DNA from: Chromera velia
Lineage: Eukaryota
Direction of reading: 5' to 3'
Assembly: GCA_018398765.1 (NCBI GenBank)
Contig: JAHBMJ010000141.1
Coordinates: 1-54,864 of the forward strand
DNA: 54,864 nucleotides
In this document: positions 37,001 through 49,971 of the stretch, piece by piece
Layout: each line of letters begins with the position of its first letter
How positions within the stretch are numbered: position 1 is the first letter of the stretch
The notes under the pieces: model-generated
Databases searched by the model: none
Told to the model about the DNA's origin: nothing
What the model saw: the letters and a program-made list of their open reading frames with translations, nothing else
Program-made: the position numbers and the translations under genes

Positions 37001-39152
37001 ACTCACGCTGAAAAAAAGGGGGGGTCGTATGCGTTACGCAGTCTCAGTGGGGACAGGGTAGCATAGACGAGTGATTTGCGCATGATGAAGGATCGATGAA
37101 TCGATGATGATGGGCTGATCTAGCGCGCAATGTGAGAGTTGTACGCATTTTCGCCTTTTCCAACCTTTTTTATGAATTGAATTTTCTGATTGGATATGCA
37201 AATACATGCAGAATCAGATTCATTCACTCTTTGGTTGAATTAATCACTCCTTCCTATGCTTGAACGAGCATGCTCTCCTTCTGCTTTGGCTGAACGAGTG
37301 ATTGCCCAGTCCTCTCAGAAATTTCAATGCACACGTGGCAATTGCTCTAAGTCCTCAGCTGCCGGAAGATGATTCAAAACATTCTAAAACTTCTAATAGT
37401 TGAAGATATATATAATAGTAAGTTTACAATAATTTTTAAATCTGGATTCGGCCCTATGATTAGGCGTCTAGCGTTTGGTAAGCCTGACTACTAAGAGTAA
37501 CCAAGTCAGCACAGGCAATGCAAGTTGAATCAATGAACTAATTTCTGGTAAGCAAGCTTAAAACAGATACTTCCGAGTCTTTTTAAACCCCCCAACTTCT
37601 GATAGGGCATATGTGTGCGCATGAGTGATGCTAGAAAGGATTCAATATTATTTAATCAGGCTTTTCAAATAAAAAGTCTGTAAGATATATGGTGTATTAT
37701 CTAGAAGTTGACTGGGAATTTGATAGCTATAGCTTAACATGTTACACACGTACTTTTTTTGTGACAGTTTTTTTTTTCGGAGAGGGCACGGATTATTGAG
37801 GAAAACGTGTTTTACGTCGTTTCCGAACATTTGTAAGCAGACCCCTTCTGTAGACTTTTTTCATTTGCATGTAGCCACACCTTATTCCTCATTCCGATGT
37901 TTCCTTCGCACTTAATTTTGCAAGCACCGACAACGACACCCATGTGAAGTCAGAAAGTCAAGCGAAGGACCCGCCTAGCTGACCAAACAACACGTCATCC
38001 ATGAATACAGCTAGGGGCAGAACATAAGACAAAGAAACAAACAACATGGATCGATGTGCTTAGAAAACGACAAAGACGTTGCGGCAGGTCAGTGTTCGCT
38101 CTAGCCTTTGCGCACACAAACGTACGTACAGCTTGCAGAGATTGTCCACGAAACGTACGTGTAGAAATTAAGAACTGCGACTGGCCTAATGAAGGATCGA
38201 TCGATCGATCTTCCATGCCAGTACGTCAATGAGGCCATTCCATTTGTATCCTGTCCCCTCATTCAAGTTGTTTCTTTATGCAAAGAAAGGCACCATACAG
38301 GAAGCATGACAGGAACATAAACCTTTGAAGCTTTGCACATGAAAGGGAAAGGATTTCACTTGGAGTCCCCTTCCGGGAGTGCACGGGACTTGTCAGTAGA
38401 CGTACGTAGAGCGTCTGCACAACCATCGTCAGTCGGACAATACGATGAAGGCATGCAGGGGACAGGCAGTCAGATAGAGCATGACGATGCCTCCAGAAGG
38501 CATGCGGTCATGAAGTCAGGGTGAAATGGTGTGTGCATTAGTAGAGTCACTCTGGAGAGGGAAAGGACCCTTTCATTGCTCCCCTTCAATTTCTCACTTG
38601 GTCGTTTCCTTTCCCACGAACCACAGATCGATCGATCTAGATGGTTCATCACCCGGCTGGCTGGCTACTTTCTTTCTTCCTTTCTTCGACCCCCCCTCAG
38701 TAAACAACCCCCCCGATCGCCTCGTCGTTCCCCCGCCCTAGAGCGCTGTGGACTGATCGAGTCGGTCGTGCATCCATCCATCCAGTATGTCAGTCAGTCT
38801 ACCACTTAGGTGATTCTGGAGATCCCTCGCCCCGGGCCCCAACATCGTCTCCCCCCGGTCTCACACACCCTCTCCCCCAACTCGCGCGAGTCTTTTTTGT
38901 TTTGACTCTCTCTCATTGAAGTGGCATGAATTGACGGACTGACTTACTGGTTTGAATGCCTCTTCTTCCTTCCTTCCTGTCTTCTTCTTTTGTAGTTTGT
39001 CTCTCTTCTCTTGATTCGGCTTCGTTCCCCTTCCCCTTAATTGGCTTTTCCTTTACCCCTTCATTCATTCTGTGATCACTCAGATTCCTCCTCCCCCTTC
39101 TTTCCGAAGAGACTTCCCAATTCAAACTTAGGAACTGTTTGCATAATGAAAA

Positions 39153-39411
39153 TTAATTTGTTTGGTCAGATTCCTCCTCCCCCTTCTTTCCGAAGAGACT
39201 TCCCAACTCGAAACCCTTGAAGAGATCAAATCCCTTGAACCCGTCAAACTTCAGACCGTCAAAGTCCAGACCCTTTCCGATCCCCCCCCCCTCCTTGTCG
39301 CCAAAGAGGTCCAACTTGAAACCGCTGAAATCGAACAGACCGTCCTTCTTTGCCGTCGAGTTGTTCGTCGGACAAGCAGCATCCTCACAGGGCACTCCAG
39401 TGCCCTGAAGA

Positions 39412-39445
<34 letters not shown>

Positions 39446-39488
39446 ATGTACAGACACACACATACAAACACACACATACACACACACA

Positions 39489-39530
<42 letters not shown>

Positions 39531-40363
39531 GAGAAAGAAAGAGAAAAAGAGATAGATAGAGACAGAGAAGAGAGCTGTTACAGCACTTTTCTTCATCTCG
39601 CATGTCTTCTCTTTATCGTGCTCATCGCTTGACCGAAAGGCTTTGCAACTTCTTTTTTTTTTCTTTGTCTTGACAGCGAGCCTGGCAGACAGAAGGAAAG
39701 ACAGGCGAACAAGGAGACAAACAGATAGGGAGACAGACTGACAACATGTTTTTTCATTTCCTTTCTTTCCTTCACTTGACTCATTCTCAAACAAACAGAC
39801 AGACAGAAAGGCAGGCAGACAGAGCGACAGAGAGACAGAAAGACAGAGAGAAACAGACAGAGAGACAGACCTGGTAGATGCCTCTGGCGAGGTCACATTC
39901 CCTCGGTGTCTCATCGGCTTTGCACGTTAGCTCGGTCTTTCCCGCCTTGGAGACACAGCACGCTCCCATGGGGCACATGTCTCCGTCGCACTCCACCAGG
40001 TGGCCCTGGAAGAGGCCCCGGGCGGCGCGGCACTGGTTGCTCTCCTGCAAGGATACCCACCCACCCACCTACCAGCATGCATGACGACAATGGGGGGACA
40101 GACAAAAACTCAGAGAAAGAAAGAAAGAAAGAAAGAAATCAGATCGATCACGTGGATGCATGGTCAGTTGTGTGAGTGTGTGTGACATGAGGAGGAGGGG
40201 CCCCGGAGGGGGGGGGGGGCAAGGTCTGTGTTGTCGCGAATAGGTTGCAGAGGAGATGGTCCCGAAGCGAATGGAGACAAAGGAAAGGCTGAGACATGAA
40301 AAGAATGAAAGGGGTCAAGATCGTTAGGAAAAAAACAATAAGTGGCGCCTAAAGCTTATTTAT

Positions 40364-40400
<37 letters not shown>

Positions 40401-40952
40401 GTCTGTCTCTGATGGCCTTTAAGTCCGTCCTTTGTGCATGCGCATGCATTCATGTGCTGAAGGAAGGAAGGACGGCAGGCACCTTTGTTCATCTGGTTGT
40501 GTGAAAGCAATCAGAAGGTCAACGAATGATATGTGATCAAGGAATGCATTCTTCGGGCAGAGCGAACAGAAGGAGACTTACATACCAGGACGACGCAGCT
40601 CAGGTCCTTTTCCTTCTTTTCCTTCTTGTCATCCAACAGATCTTTCACCCCTGCCCCCTGAAGAGACGCAGTGTTGGCCCCGCAGCAGGCGCCGTACAGA
40701 CATTCGCCGTCGGGGCATTCTGTACCGTTCCCGAGGAAAAATCCTGCGGGCAGTGCAGTGCAGTGCAGTGCCGAGAAACGGCGGTTCGCGGGAACAGATA
40801 GCTGATCAAATTCCATTAATTCACATATTCACCTAGCTAGCTTGGTCATTTACTCACTCTCTCGACCACCCGTGCATTTCCTTCCGCACACAGACGCCCG
40901 CCTACTTACTGATTTGCTGACGCAGGACTTTGAATGTCCAACCAGCCTCTAT

Positions 40953-40983
<31 letters not shown>

Positions 40984-43900
40984 AAGGCGTTCGACGACAT
41001 GCACCCAGAGTGTCCATCAGAACAGAGCTCTGGACAGGGTGCAGATATCATGTCTTTAAGAGATCATGTGGGAGACAGACTTGTTTGTTTGTTCCTTATC
41101 GACGATGAATTTGGCCAGCAGGCATGTCCTTCTTTCTTTCTTTCTTTTCGACCCTCCCTGCAGGACAAGTCGGTCCCTGCCCTAAGTTTGGCAGACAGAC
41201 TCACAGACCGACCTCCGCTGGCTTCACAGAACTCCTGTGAGAGGAGGTCGCTGCATGTTTTGTTCGGGAAGCAGCAGGCACCGGAGAGGCACTCGCTCAA
41301 GGGAGGTCCTGGGCACTCAGTGTTCTCTCCAAGGAACCTCCCGCTGTTTCCCTGCATGCATGCAAGCATGCATCAACGCAGAAGAGGGACAGATCGATTC
41401 ATTGTGTAAAGAGTCAGATGTTGGCCTGCTTGTGGAAGAATGCATGGGTTTGTCGCATTGATTGACTTTTTGAACCAGGTGACCCGACTGAGGAGGTACT
41501 GGGTAAATTTTCATGAGTTAGCATGGGGTCAGTGACAGAGGCTGATCGAAACAAGAGAATTCAGACGAGACAGCACATAAAGGGACGGTTTTGGTGGAGA
41601 AGTAGTAAAGTAAGACAAAAAGATTGTTTGTAGAAGGAAAGGACAAACCCAGATCCGGGGGGGGGGAAATATAAAGAAATGACAAAAAGTGAAAGACAAG
41701 AACACAGGATGCACGCGGCCAGCCAGCCAGACAAGCATGTATGCATTCAGTCAGATTCAGTACAGTGATCAAGGGATGAAACCTGAAAAAGAAAAAAAAA
41801 AAACATTCAGTCAGATTCAGTACATGCAGTGATCAAGGCATGAAACCTGAAAAAGAAAAAAAAAAAAAACATTCAGTCAGATTCAGTACATATCAATCAA
41901 GGGATGAAACCTGAAAAAGAAAAAAAAAACATTCAGTCAGATTCAGTACATGCAGTGATCAAGGGATGAAACCTGAAAAAAAAAAAAAGCGTTCAGTCAG
42001 ATTCCGTACATACAGTGATCAAGGGATGAAACCTGAAAAAGAAAAAAAAAAAAGCATTCAGTCGGATTCAGTACAGACAGTGATCAAGGCATGAAACCTG
42101 AAAAAGAAAAAAAAAGCATTCAGTCGGATTCAGTACAGTGATCAAGGGATGAAACCTGAAAAAGGAAGAAAAAAAAGAAGAAAAAAAAAGCATTCAGTCG
42201 GATTCAGTACAGTGATCAAGGGATGAAACCTCGACGGTACCTAGAGCCTTCATTCTCGACAGCTAGGTCTCTCCCCCCCTCCCTGCGTGCATGTACCTCG
42301 CAGAAGGTCGACGAGTAAGGTCCGCCCCCGCAAGTTCCTCCCACGTACACAATTCCCTCGGGGGGGGGTACAGCGTCGTTGAAGCAGCACGACCCAGCCA
42401 GACAGTTCGAACAGTCGCTACCTGCATGTACGGGAGATGCATGGGCGAATGAATGCACAAGGATGCAGGGCCATGCAAAACTGGGTAGAAAGAAAACCGA
42501 CAGAAAGGTAGGAGGTGAGACAGATACTTCAGAAGCCGACAAAAGCCTGACGCTTAGGAGAGACGGACGCATCGATCGATTGGCAGAGATTCCCTCCCTC
42601 CCACAAACAACGGCAGGCATGCATGCAGACTGGGTACGTCTAGCATAAGATTGAAAAAGCTTCGTATGCCCTGACGTCTCTCTGTATGTCTTTCTTTTTG
42701 TCCTTTTGTTCCTGTCCATGCACGTGTATATATACATATATGTATGTGCAATGTATGGAATTACGTCTCGCGATCGAGGTCATGAGGACTTCCGAAGAGG
42801 GTTGCTTTTTTGCATGGCCTTTCATTTCAGTCCTTTCACTAGCTGCATGGGCAGATGAGCTTCCAAAACGCATGCAAGTTGACTGCGTGGCAGAGAGAGT
42901 TGATCGAGAGACTTCAATTCATTGCCTTCCAACAACTGTGCGTGAGGAGAAATCGTGAGGAGGGAAAAGTTCGATCAAAGAATCTCGAGATGTCATGTGC
43001 GTATTTTGCGCATGGGAAAGATAGATAGCCTGCAGGGGTGGTGATTGAGATAGAAAAAACCACCAGGTGTCCATGCAGAAGCAAAACAAATTCTTTTGAG
43101 AACACAAATGAAGCAAGCAAGAAGAGAAGGAAGGAAGATGCCCACCCACCCACCTGCACCCAGGAAAGTGCCCGTGTTGTCCTGGCAGAAGAACACAGAG
43201 TATCCCGGAGATGTCGAGGTGTCTCCGTTTTCTGCACACGTGGGCTTATCAGGCAGTGCAGCGAAATCGGGAAATTTCGCCAGGATGGCATCGGAGTCGT
43301 TGTATGTATCTGGAAAGATCATCGGCAAAGTTTCGTTGTCGCCCGGGAGGCAGCAGGCTCCGGCCAGACAGGTAGAGCAGTCTGACGACTCTCCGAGGAA
43401 CGTCCCCGCGTTGTCGGAGCACCAGAAGACAGAGTATCCGGGGGCACTGGGGGAGTTGTCGGTGTCTCCTTGCTCTGCGCACGTCGGCTGCACGTCCCCG
43501 AAATCGGGAAATTTGGTGTTGACTGTGGAGTCCTCCGGGTAGGCGTTGGGGAACTGGGCGTTCAGGGTGGGGCCGTCACCTGCAAGCAGACCACAGCTAG
43601 GTCGAGAGACACGTTTGGCCACAAATATACACCCACAGCACAGGCAGGCATGTATGATTTCACAGAAGGAAAAACTGCACGGCCACTCAGTACGTTCACT
43701 TCAGGGTTGAAAGAAAGAAAAACAATTACTTGCAAGGGTACGATTCTGCCATGGAGCTGCAGATCGATCGAGAGATCGAGGGAGGCATCAGTGGGAGGGA
43801 TTCCTAGGCCGATCGAGTAATGTGCGCAAGCGAGGCAGCACCTTCATTCATTCACCGTTTCGGGAAAAAAGCAAAGAGGAAATAATAGGCAAAGGCGACC

Positions 43901-44083
43901 CCATGCAAATGTATTGAAAGCACAAAGGAAGCGAATTTAGAGGACTCAGAGGATCATGCAGGAATGTGAGCACTCCCAATTGTCGGAAAGATGAGAACAT
44001 GTGAAAAGAAACGAAAAAAAAAACAAATTATTGCGCTCAAAAGCGGCACCGATGTATGACAGAAGACACTTAGACGTACAAAG

Positions 44084-44117
<34 letters not shown>

Positions 44118-44157
44118 AAGACGTAAAAAGGACAGACAGACAGACAGACAGACAGAC

Positions 44158-44192
<35 letters not shown>

Positions 44193-47100
44193 AAGACAGA
44201 CAGAAGGTGAATGGCCGGATGGATCGGAGGATGGATGGATAGGTTGGCTTGACTCAAAATCAGGGGATGTCAATGCATTGATTGTTCAAACAAACACACA
44301 AACGACGAAAGAAAGAAAGAAACAGACAACAAACAAACAAACAAAGAAAGAAACAAAGAAACAAACAAGAAACAAACAAACAAAGAAAGAAAAAAAGAAA
44401 GAAGGAAACAAACAAACAAACAAAAGAACAAACAGAGACATAAACAAAAAGAAACAAATCAACAAACAAACAAAGAAGGAAACAAACAAACAAACAAACA
44501 AAGAAAGAAAGAAAGAAACAAACAAACAAAGAAGGAAAGACACAAACAAACAAACAAACAAACAAACCTGGAAGGCAGCAGGCTCCGGCCAGACAGGCAG
44601 AGCAGTCTGATGACTCTCCGAGGAACGTCCCTGCGTTATCGGAGCAGAAGAAGACAGAGTATCCTGGGGAGCTTTCAATGTTTTCTCCCTTTTCTGCACA
44701 GGTCGGTTTGACCATTCCAAAGTCCGGAAACTTCATCGTGGCTGCGTTCTGGTCGGGGTAGGCGTTCGGAAACTGAGCACTCAGAGTTGCGGCATCACCT
44801 GCATCCATGCGGCAAACCAATAATCCACTCTCTGCGTGGATGTCTTTTCTTCATCCGGTCTCAGCAGCTGTATAAATATAAATTCGCTGCATGATAGATG
44901 CATTGAATGAATGAATGAATGAATGAATGAATGAATGAATGTATAAATAGATGAATGAATGAATGAATGAATGAATGAATGAATAAATGAATGAATGAAT
45001 GAATGAATGAATGTACTGATCGAGTGATCCGAAGTGCTCCTTCCGGTACACGAAAGGGGAGGGAGGGAGAAGGAGAGAGAGCGAGTTTGCATGGGAGGAA
45101 AAAGGGAAACACAATGACAAAAGAAAAGAGAAAAGAGAAAAGAAAACGGGAAAAAGGCAGGCATGCGGAGAAGCAACGCTGAACTGATCGCAGCGAAACG
45201 AACCGATAAACTGAAAACACAAAAATGGTTTCCATGGAGACAGAGAGGGGACAGAGAATTTATATGCAGAGGAATCAATTGCACCTGGAAGGCAGCAGGC
45301 TCCGGCCAGACAGGTAGAGCAGTCTGATGCCTCTCCGAGGAACGTCCCCGCATTGTCGGAGCACCAGAAGACAGAGTATCCTGGGGAGCTTGCAGTGCTT
45401 CCCTTCTCCGCACACGTCGGCTGCACATCCCCAAAGTCCGGGAACTTGACGGTCACAACCGCGTCGGTTGCGAAGGCGCTCGGGAACTGGGTGGGCAGGG
45501 TCACTGCGTCACCTGCACGATCCCTCTAAATCAACCAACCAATCCATTTTGATCCAGAGCGTACAGCCTAGCTCATAATTGTTTTCTACTCTACCTTCCT
45601 CAGCAGACCACAGTAGTGCACGGAAGCTAGGGCGTGCACGGGGGGTAGAGAGAGAGAAATTTAGAGGCCCTCTCTATGCAAATCTAGACCGACCGATCAG
45701 ATTCATGGAAGAGCGGGCAGGCGGGCGCGCGCGCAGATACGGACGGAGGTCTTAAGGGAGTGCGGGAGTGCGGGAGGGAGGGGGAATTCATCGATCTACT
45801 CCGTGGAATGTGAATGTGGTTCTGGAAGGTGGAGGAGGGAAGGGAAGGGAAGGCTGCCGACGGAGTTTGTTCAGAACGAATGAATGATCGAAGGAGAATA
45901 GATCGATCGAGAAAGGAGGGAAGAAATAAACAAACAAACAAACAAAGAAAGAAACAAAGAGACAAACGTTCAGAACGAATGATCGAAGGAGAATAGATCG
46001 ATCGAGAAAGGAAGGAAGAAATAAACAAACAAACAAACAAAGAAACAAACAAAGAGACAAACGTTCAGAACGAATGATCGAAGGAGAATAGATCGATCGA
46101 GAAAGGAAGGAAGGAAGAAAGCTTGTCCGAAGATGCGACAGCGGACAGAGAGACCACTAGAAGGACTGTGAGCGGGTCGAGGGAGACTGGCTGCATGGCT
46201 GGCTGAATTCAGGAAGGAAGAACATACCTGGAAGACAGCACGCCCCAGCAAGGCATGTGGAACAGTCTGAGGACTCTCCGAGGAAGGTCCCGGTGTTGCC
46301 ATTGCACCACCAACTAGCGTATCCTGAGGAATCGGTCTCCGCTCCCTTCTCAGCACAGGTCGGCTCGACTTCTCCAAAGTCGGGGAACTTTTCCATTGCA
46401 GAATCCGGAGTGGGGAAAGGGTTGCCCCCCATGGCCTGTTCACTCAGCGTCGTGCCGTCAGCTGCATGCAGTGACGAGTAATGCATTCATTGAGCCAGTG
46501 GCTGCTAGTGACTTGTCGATGCATGCAATCTGATCGAGAGAGAGAGAACACACTGTTCTCCCTCATCAGATACATACATCACAATAGTACGGTCCTGTTG
46601 CAGAGAGGCACCAGAAGGGTATGAAGAACAAGGCAGAGAGCTGAGACCGAGAAGAGAAGAGAAGAGAAGAGAAGAGAAGAAAAGAAAAGAGAAGAGAAGA
46701 GAAGAGAGCAGTGGAGAGGAGAGAAGAAGAAAAGAAAGGACAATCGGTCGCAAAGGACAACGTGCATAAGGACACATGGGAAGATGAATAGATAGATAGA
46801 TAAATTGACACACACACACACACAAGCACACACACAGAGGGGGAAACGGAAGGCACGATCTAAAATCAAGGAAGAAGAGGCCGTCATTTCCCTCTGGCAA
46901 TTAATGCGCTGATTCAGGATAGTGCATGCATGTCGTCCTGCATGTAGGCCGGCAAGGAATTAAATCACGCATGCATATACCACGCATTCGCCAAATGGAT
47001 GGGCGGAAAGGAAGAAGAGATTTTACCAGCGATGCTCATTCGGAGTGCCGCCACAGAGAACGCTTACTGCACCATGGAAAAAAAGTCAACAAGAGTCTCT

Positions 47101-47533
47101 GGGGGAGCCATTCCGAATCAAAAAAACACATGCACAAGAAAGCGCCCGAGAGGCATGCATGCATGCATGCATGCATGCAGAGCAACAATTAAGCAGCCGA
47201 CGGGACACTCACTCATTCCTGTTACTCACCGGGCAAGCAGCAAGCGCCAAATACGCACTGGTCGCAAGCGGCATCACCCGCAAACCATGCGGCAGCCCTG
47301 TTTGTGCAATCACTCTGCTGGCTGTCCGCGACATTTGGGGCGGCACCGGGCTTTCCGGGAATGTCCCCAAGGGTCGGGAAAACGGATTCGTAGTCGGTGA
47401 TGCTAAAAACCGCTTCTGCAGTGGGCACATCACCCAACAAGCAACAGCAATTCAATTGAGCTGCCACGTTGTAGAGCAGGCAGAGCGAAAGAGCAGCGAA
47501 GAACGCCAGTGCAGGGCCGAGTCTGGGAGCCAT
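39153..47533 (-). CDS. Secreted cysteine-rich repeat protein (GACC modules), 10 exons, about 756 aa
   Basis: Exons 47533-47230, 46461-46228, 45512-45285, 44798-44568, 43579-43154, 42421-42297, 41351-41213, 40743-40586, 40044-39871 and 39404-39153. All introns are GT-AG and the exons sum to 2271 nt in frame. Signal peptide MAPRLGPALAFFAALSLCLLYNVAA. Nine G(A/S)CC motifs. Confidence 0.9.
41744..42230. repeat. Intronic ~60-74-bp tandem array, 8 copies separated by variable poly(A) runs
   Basis: CATTCAGTC(A/G)GATTCAGTACA..GTGATCAAGGGATGAAACCTG(A)n starts at 41744, 41804, 41870, 41930, 41990, 42055, 42117 and 42191. Confidence 0.95.
45869..46110. repeat. Intronic ~97-bp repeat, about 2.5 copies
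   Basis: GTTCAGAACGAATG..ATCGAAGGAGAATAGATCGATCGAGAAAGGA at about 45869, 45968 and 46063. Confidence 0.85.
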
Positions 47534-48322
47534 CTTGTTTCAGCGGCCAGTCGTATATACGAATATCAGACTGAGGCGAATGAAGGGGGTCACGAGAAAA
47601 GGAGAAGAGGTGGGCAGCGCTTGGAGGATCCAGCGTTTTGTTGTCGTCGAGGGCACCCGGTATTTCAGACAGATTTGAAAGTTCGAGTTTGATAGCTAGT
47701 GAAGTGCTTTGCCTTCATGAGCGTGGTGCAAAATGTTTTCAGCGGCCGAATAAGGGCCCCGGCCGCGATGCACCCGCGCGGCATCCCGCGGCCCAACCTC
47801 GCGCGCAGAGAGAGCTAGAGTGTAACGTACTGTACAAGAGGCCCCGCCTATACATCAGGCCAGCGACGGTGTGCCAGCGTGCTTCCCCCGGCTGCTGAAC
47901 GTCATGTGAAGCTGTGGAAGGTGCCGATTTCGTGCCTTTGTCTCTCACGCATCTCTGTTCGTATCTTTGCACAGAAGAGTACGCGTGTGTCATGCGTGTG
48001 TCAGGGTTTCGATTTGCCGTCTCATGCACTTTCACCTAACGCGTATGTAGACGGTTGGGTGGAGGAGGATCAGAAGCATCGCTTTCCTCCCCGCCTCCCC
48101 TCCTTTCTGAAGGCGTTCTCACTTGATCTTTGCCGCCAAGAGTTCCCTCTCTCATTTCTGCTCTTTGCCCTCTGGCGTCTCTTCACTGCGCCAAAGCCCA
48201 GAGACTTCCAGCTGGTAACGTACCTGGAGCCTCTCCTCTGTCTCTTGCGCATTATTGACTGAGGCCTCGCACAGCTGCAAAGCCCTGCAGGTACTGCGGT
48301 TCTTTTCCTTCGCTTCTACAGC

Positions 48323-49391
48323 ATGCCGTCACCGTTCTCGCCCTCGTCCTCTTCACTCTCAGAGAGGCTGAGGGCTCAGGCAGACCACCAATGGAGACGG
48401 GCGACAGAGCACCCGATGACGGACGCCCTTGCAGACGGCACAGTCCCCCCTGAGGCCATGACTGTGTACCTGATAGAAGACCACAAGTTCCTTGACGCTT
48501 TCGTTGTCCTTGTGGCCAGCGTCATTGCCCACGCGCCCTCCCTGAAGGACAGGATCCCCGCCGCCCAGTTCCTCGGCATGGTCACCAGCAGGGAGAACAC
48601 ATTCTTCGAGAGGAGCTTCGAGGCCCTCAAGGTGCCACAGGAGAGACGGGACAAAGCGGCGTCTCCCACCTCGCAGGTACAGACAGTGCATGGGAAGGGA
48701 AATTGATTGCCTAAAAATGTGCCCTCGTGATATCAATGGCTCCTTTTGGTAAAGAACACATGCAGTCAGCTTCACCTTCCTGAAGAGGAAAGAACGAAAC
48801 GAAAACGCACCTGCAGTCTCTCTCTCTGTTTGTCTGCGCAGACAAAGTCTTCCTTGATCCGGCCTGGTTCGCACAGTGACTCACTCCGGTTATGAACGTC
48901 TTCCTTCACAACAGTCACCTTTTCCAGTTTGCTTTCCAACTTTGTCATGCATCCCTTCTCGCTCCCTCACCTGCAGGCCTGACTCTAAACAGCATGTAGG
49001 CAAGAATATGGTTCATGAATCCAGATATTCTTGTCTGCATGTGGTTTTGCAGGCCTTCATCGACCTGATGCTGGACGCCGCCAAGAGCCAAAATCTGCAC
49101 GAGATGCTCTCCGTGTTGCTGGTGGCCGAGTGGTCCTACCTGACTTGGGCCGAAAGGGTTCACCCGAAGAGAGGGCAGAAGCTTCCCTTCTGGTGCTCTG
49201 AGTGGATAGACCTGCACAGGGGGGAGGGGTTCGAGGCTTTTGTGGGGTTCCTCCGCGAGCTCCTGGACCGAGTGGGAGAGAGTTTGACGGGAAAGGAGAT
49301 GGAAGCCTGCAGAGAGAGGTTCAACAGAGCCATAGAGTTGGAAGGGGACTTCTGGGACATGGCGTGGGGGTGTTTGGGGGGGGTCGCGTGA
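48323..49391 (+). CDS. tenA: TenA/thiaminase II family protein (Cys-less, TenA_E-like), 2 exons, 230 aa
   Basis: Exons 48323-48676 and 49053-49391 (CAG|gtac...gcag|GCC). Motifs ATEHPM, YLIEDHKFL, AEWSYLTWA, EWIDLH and ELEGDFWDMAW. Confidence 0.9.
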
Positions 49392-49448
49392 GTTGAGAAG
49401 GGGGCGCACATAAAGGGGTCTCGTCGGTATGCTGTCTTTCTCTTCCTC

Positions 49449-49499
<51 letters not shown>

Positions 49500-49655
49500 T
49501 TTGTTTGTTTGTGCGAGTTTGCTTGCGTGCGCGTTGTGTCTTCTCTTTTGCTTGAAGGGGAGAAAAAAAGTTTCTGCGGGTTTCTCTGGGTGTCGGCTAA
49601 TGCACGGGGGGGACTGCATGCAAATAGGTGCACGAGGTTTGTTTGTGTGATGTTT

Positions 49656-49837
49656 GGACTGTCACAACATTGTTGAGCTAGCTGCAATGGGAAAAGATCT
49701 GCAGGGGCAGAGACGGGACTGTCACAACATTGTTGCGCTAGCTGCAATGGGAAAAGATCTGCAGGGGCAGAGACGGGACTGTCACAACATTGTTGAGCTA
49801 GCTGCAATGGGAAAAGATCTGCAGGGGCAGAGACGGA
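49656..49837. repeat. 60-bp minisatellite, 3 copies
   Basis: GGACTGTCACAACATTGTTG(A/C)GCTAGCTGCAATGGGAAAAGATCTGCAGGGGCAGAGACG x3. Confidence 0.95.
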
Positions 49838-49971
49838 GGGAAAAGGGGTGTCACTGCGCGGAGATGCATGAGTGGGAGACATGGGGGGATGTGGGGTAGT
49901 CTTTGGGAGATTTGAAGAACAGAAGGAATGGGAAGGAAGAAAGGAAGAGAACGTTTCAAGGAAACGACGAC

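Noticed and set aside
41744..42230. CRISPR-like appearance of repeats with intervening sequence
   Set aside because: The spacers are poly(A) runs, not unique sequences. The context is a eukaryotic intron and there are no cas genes.
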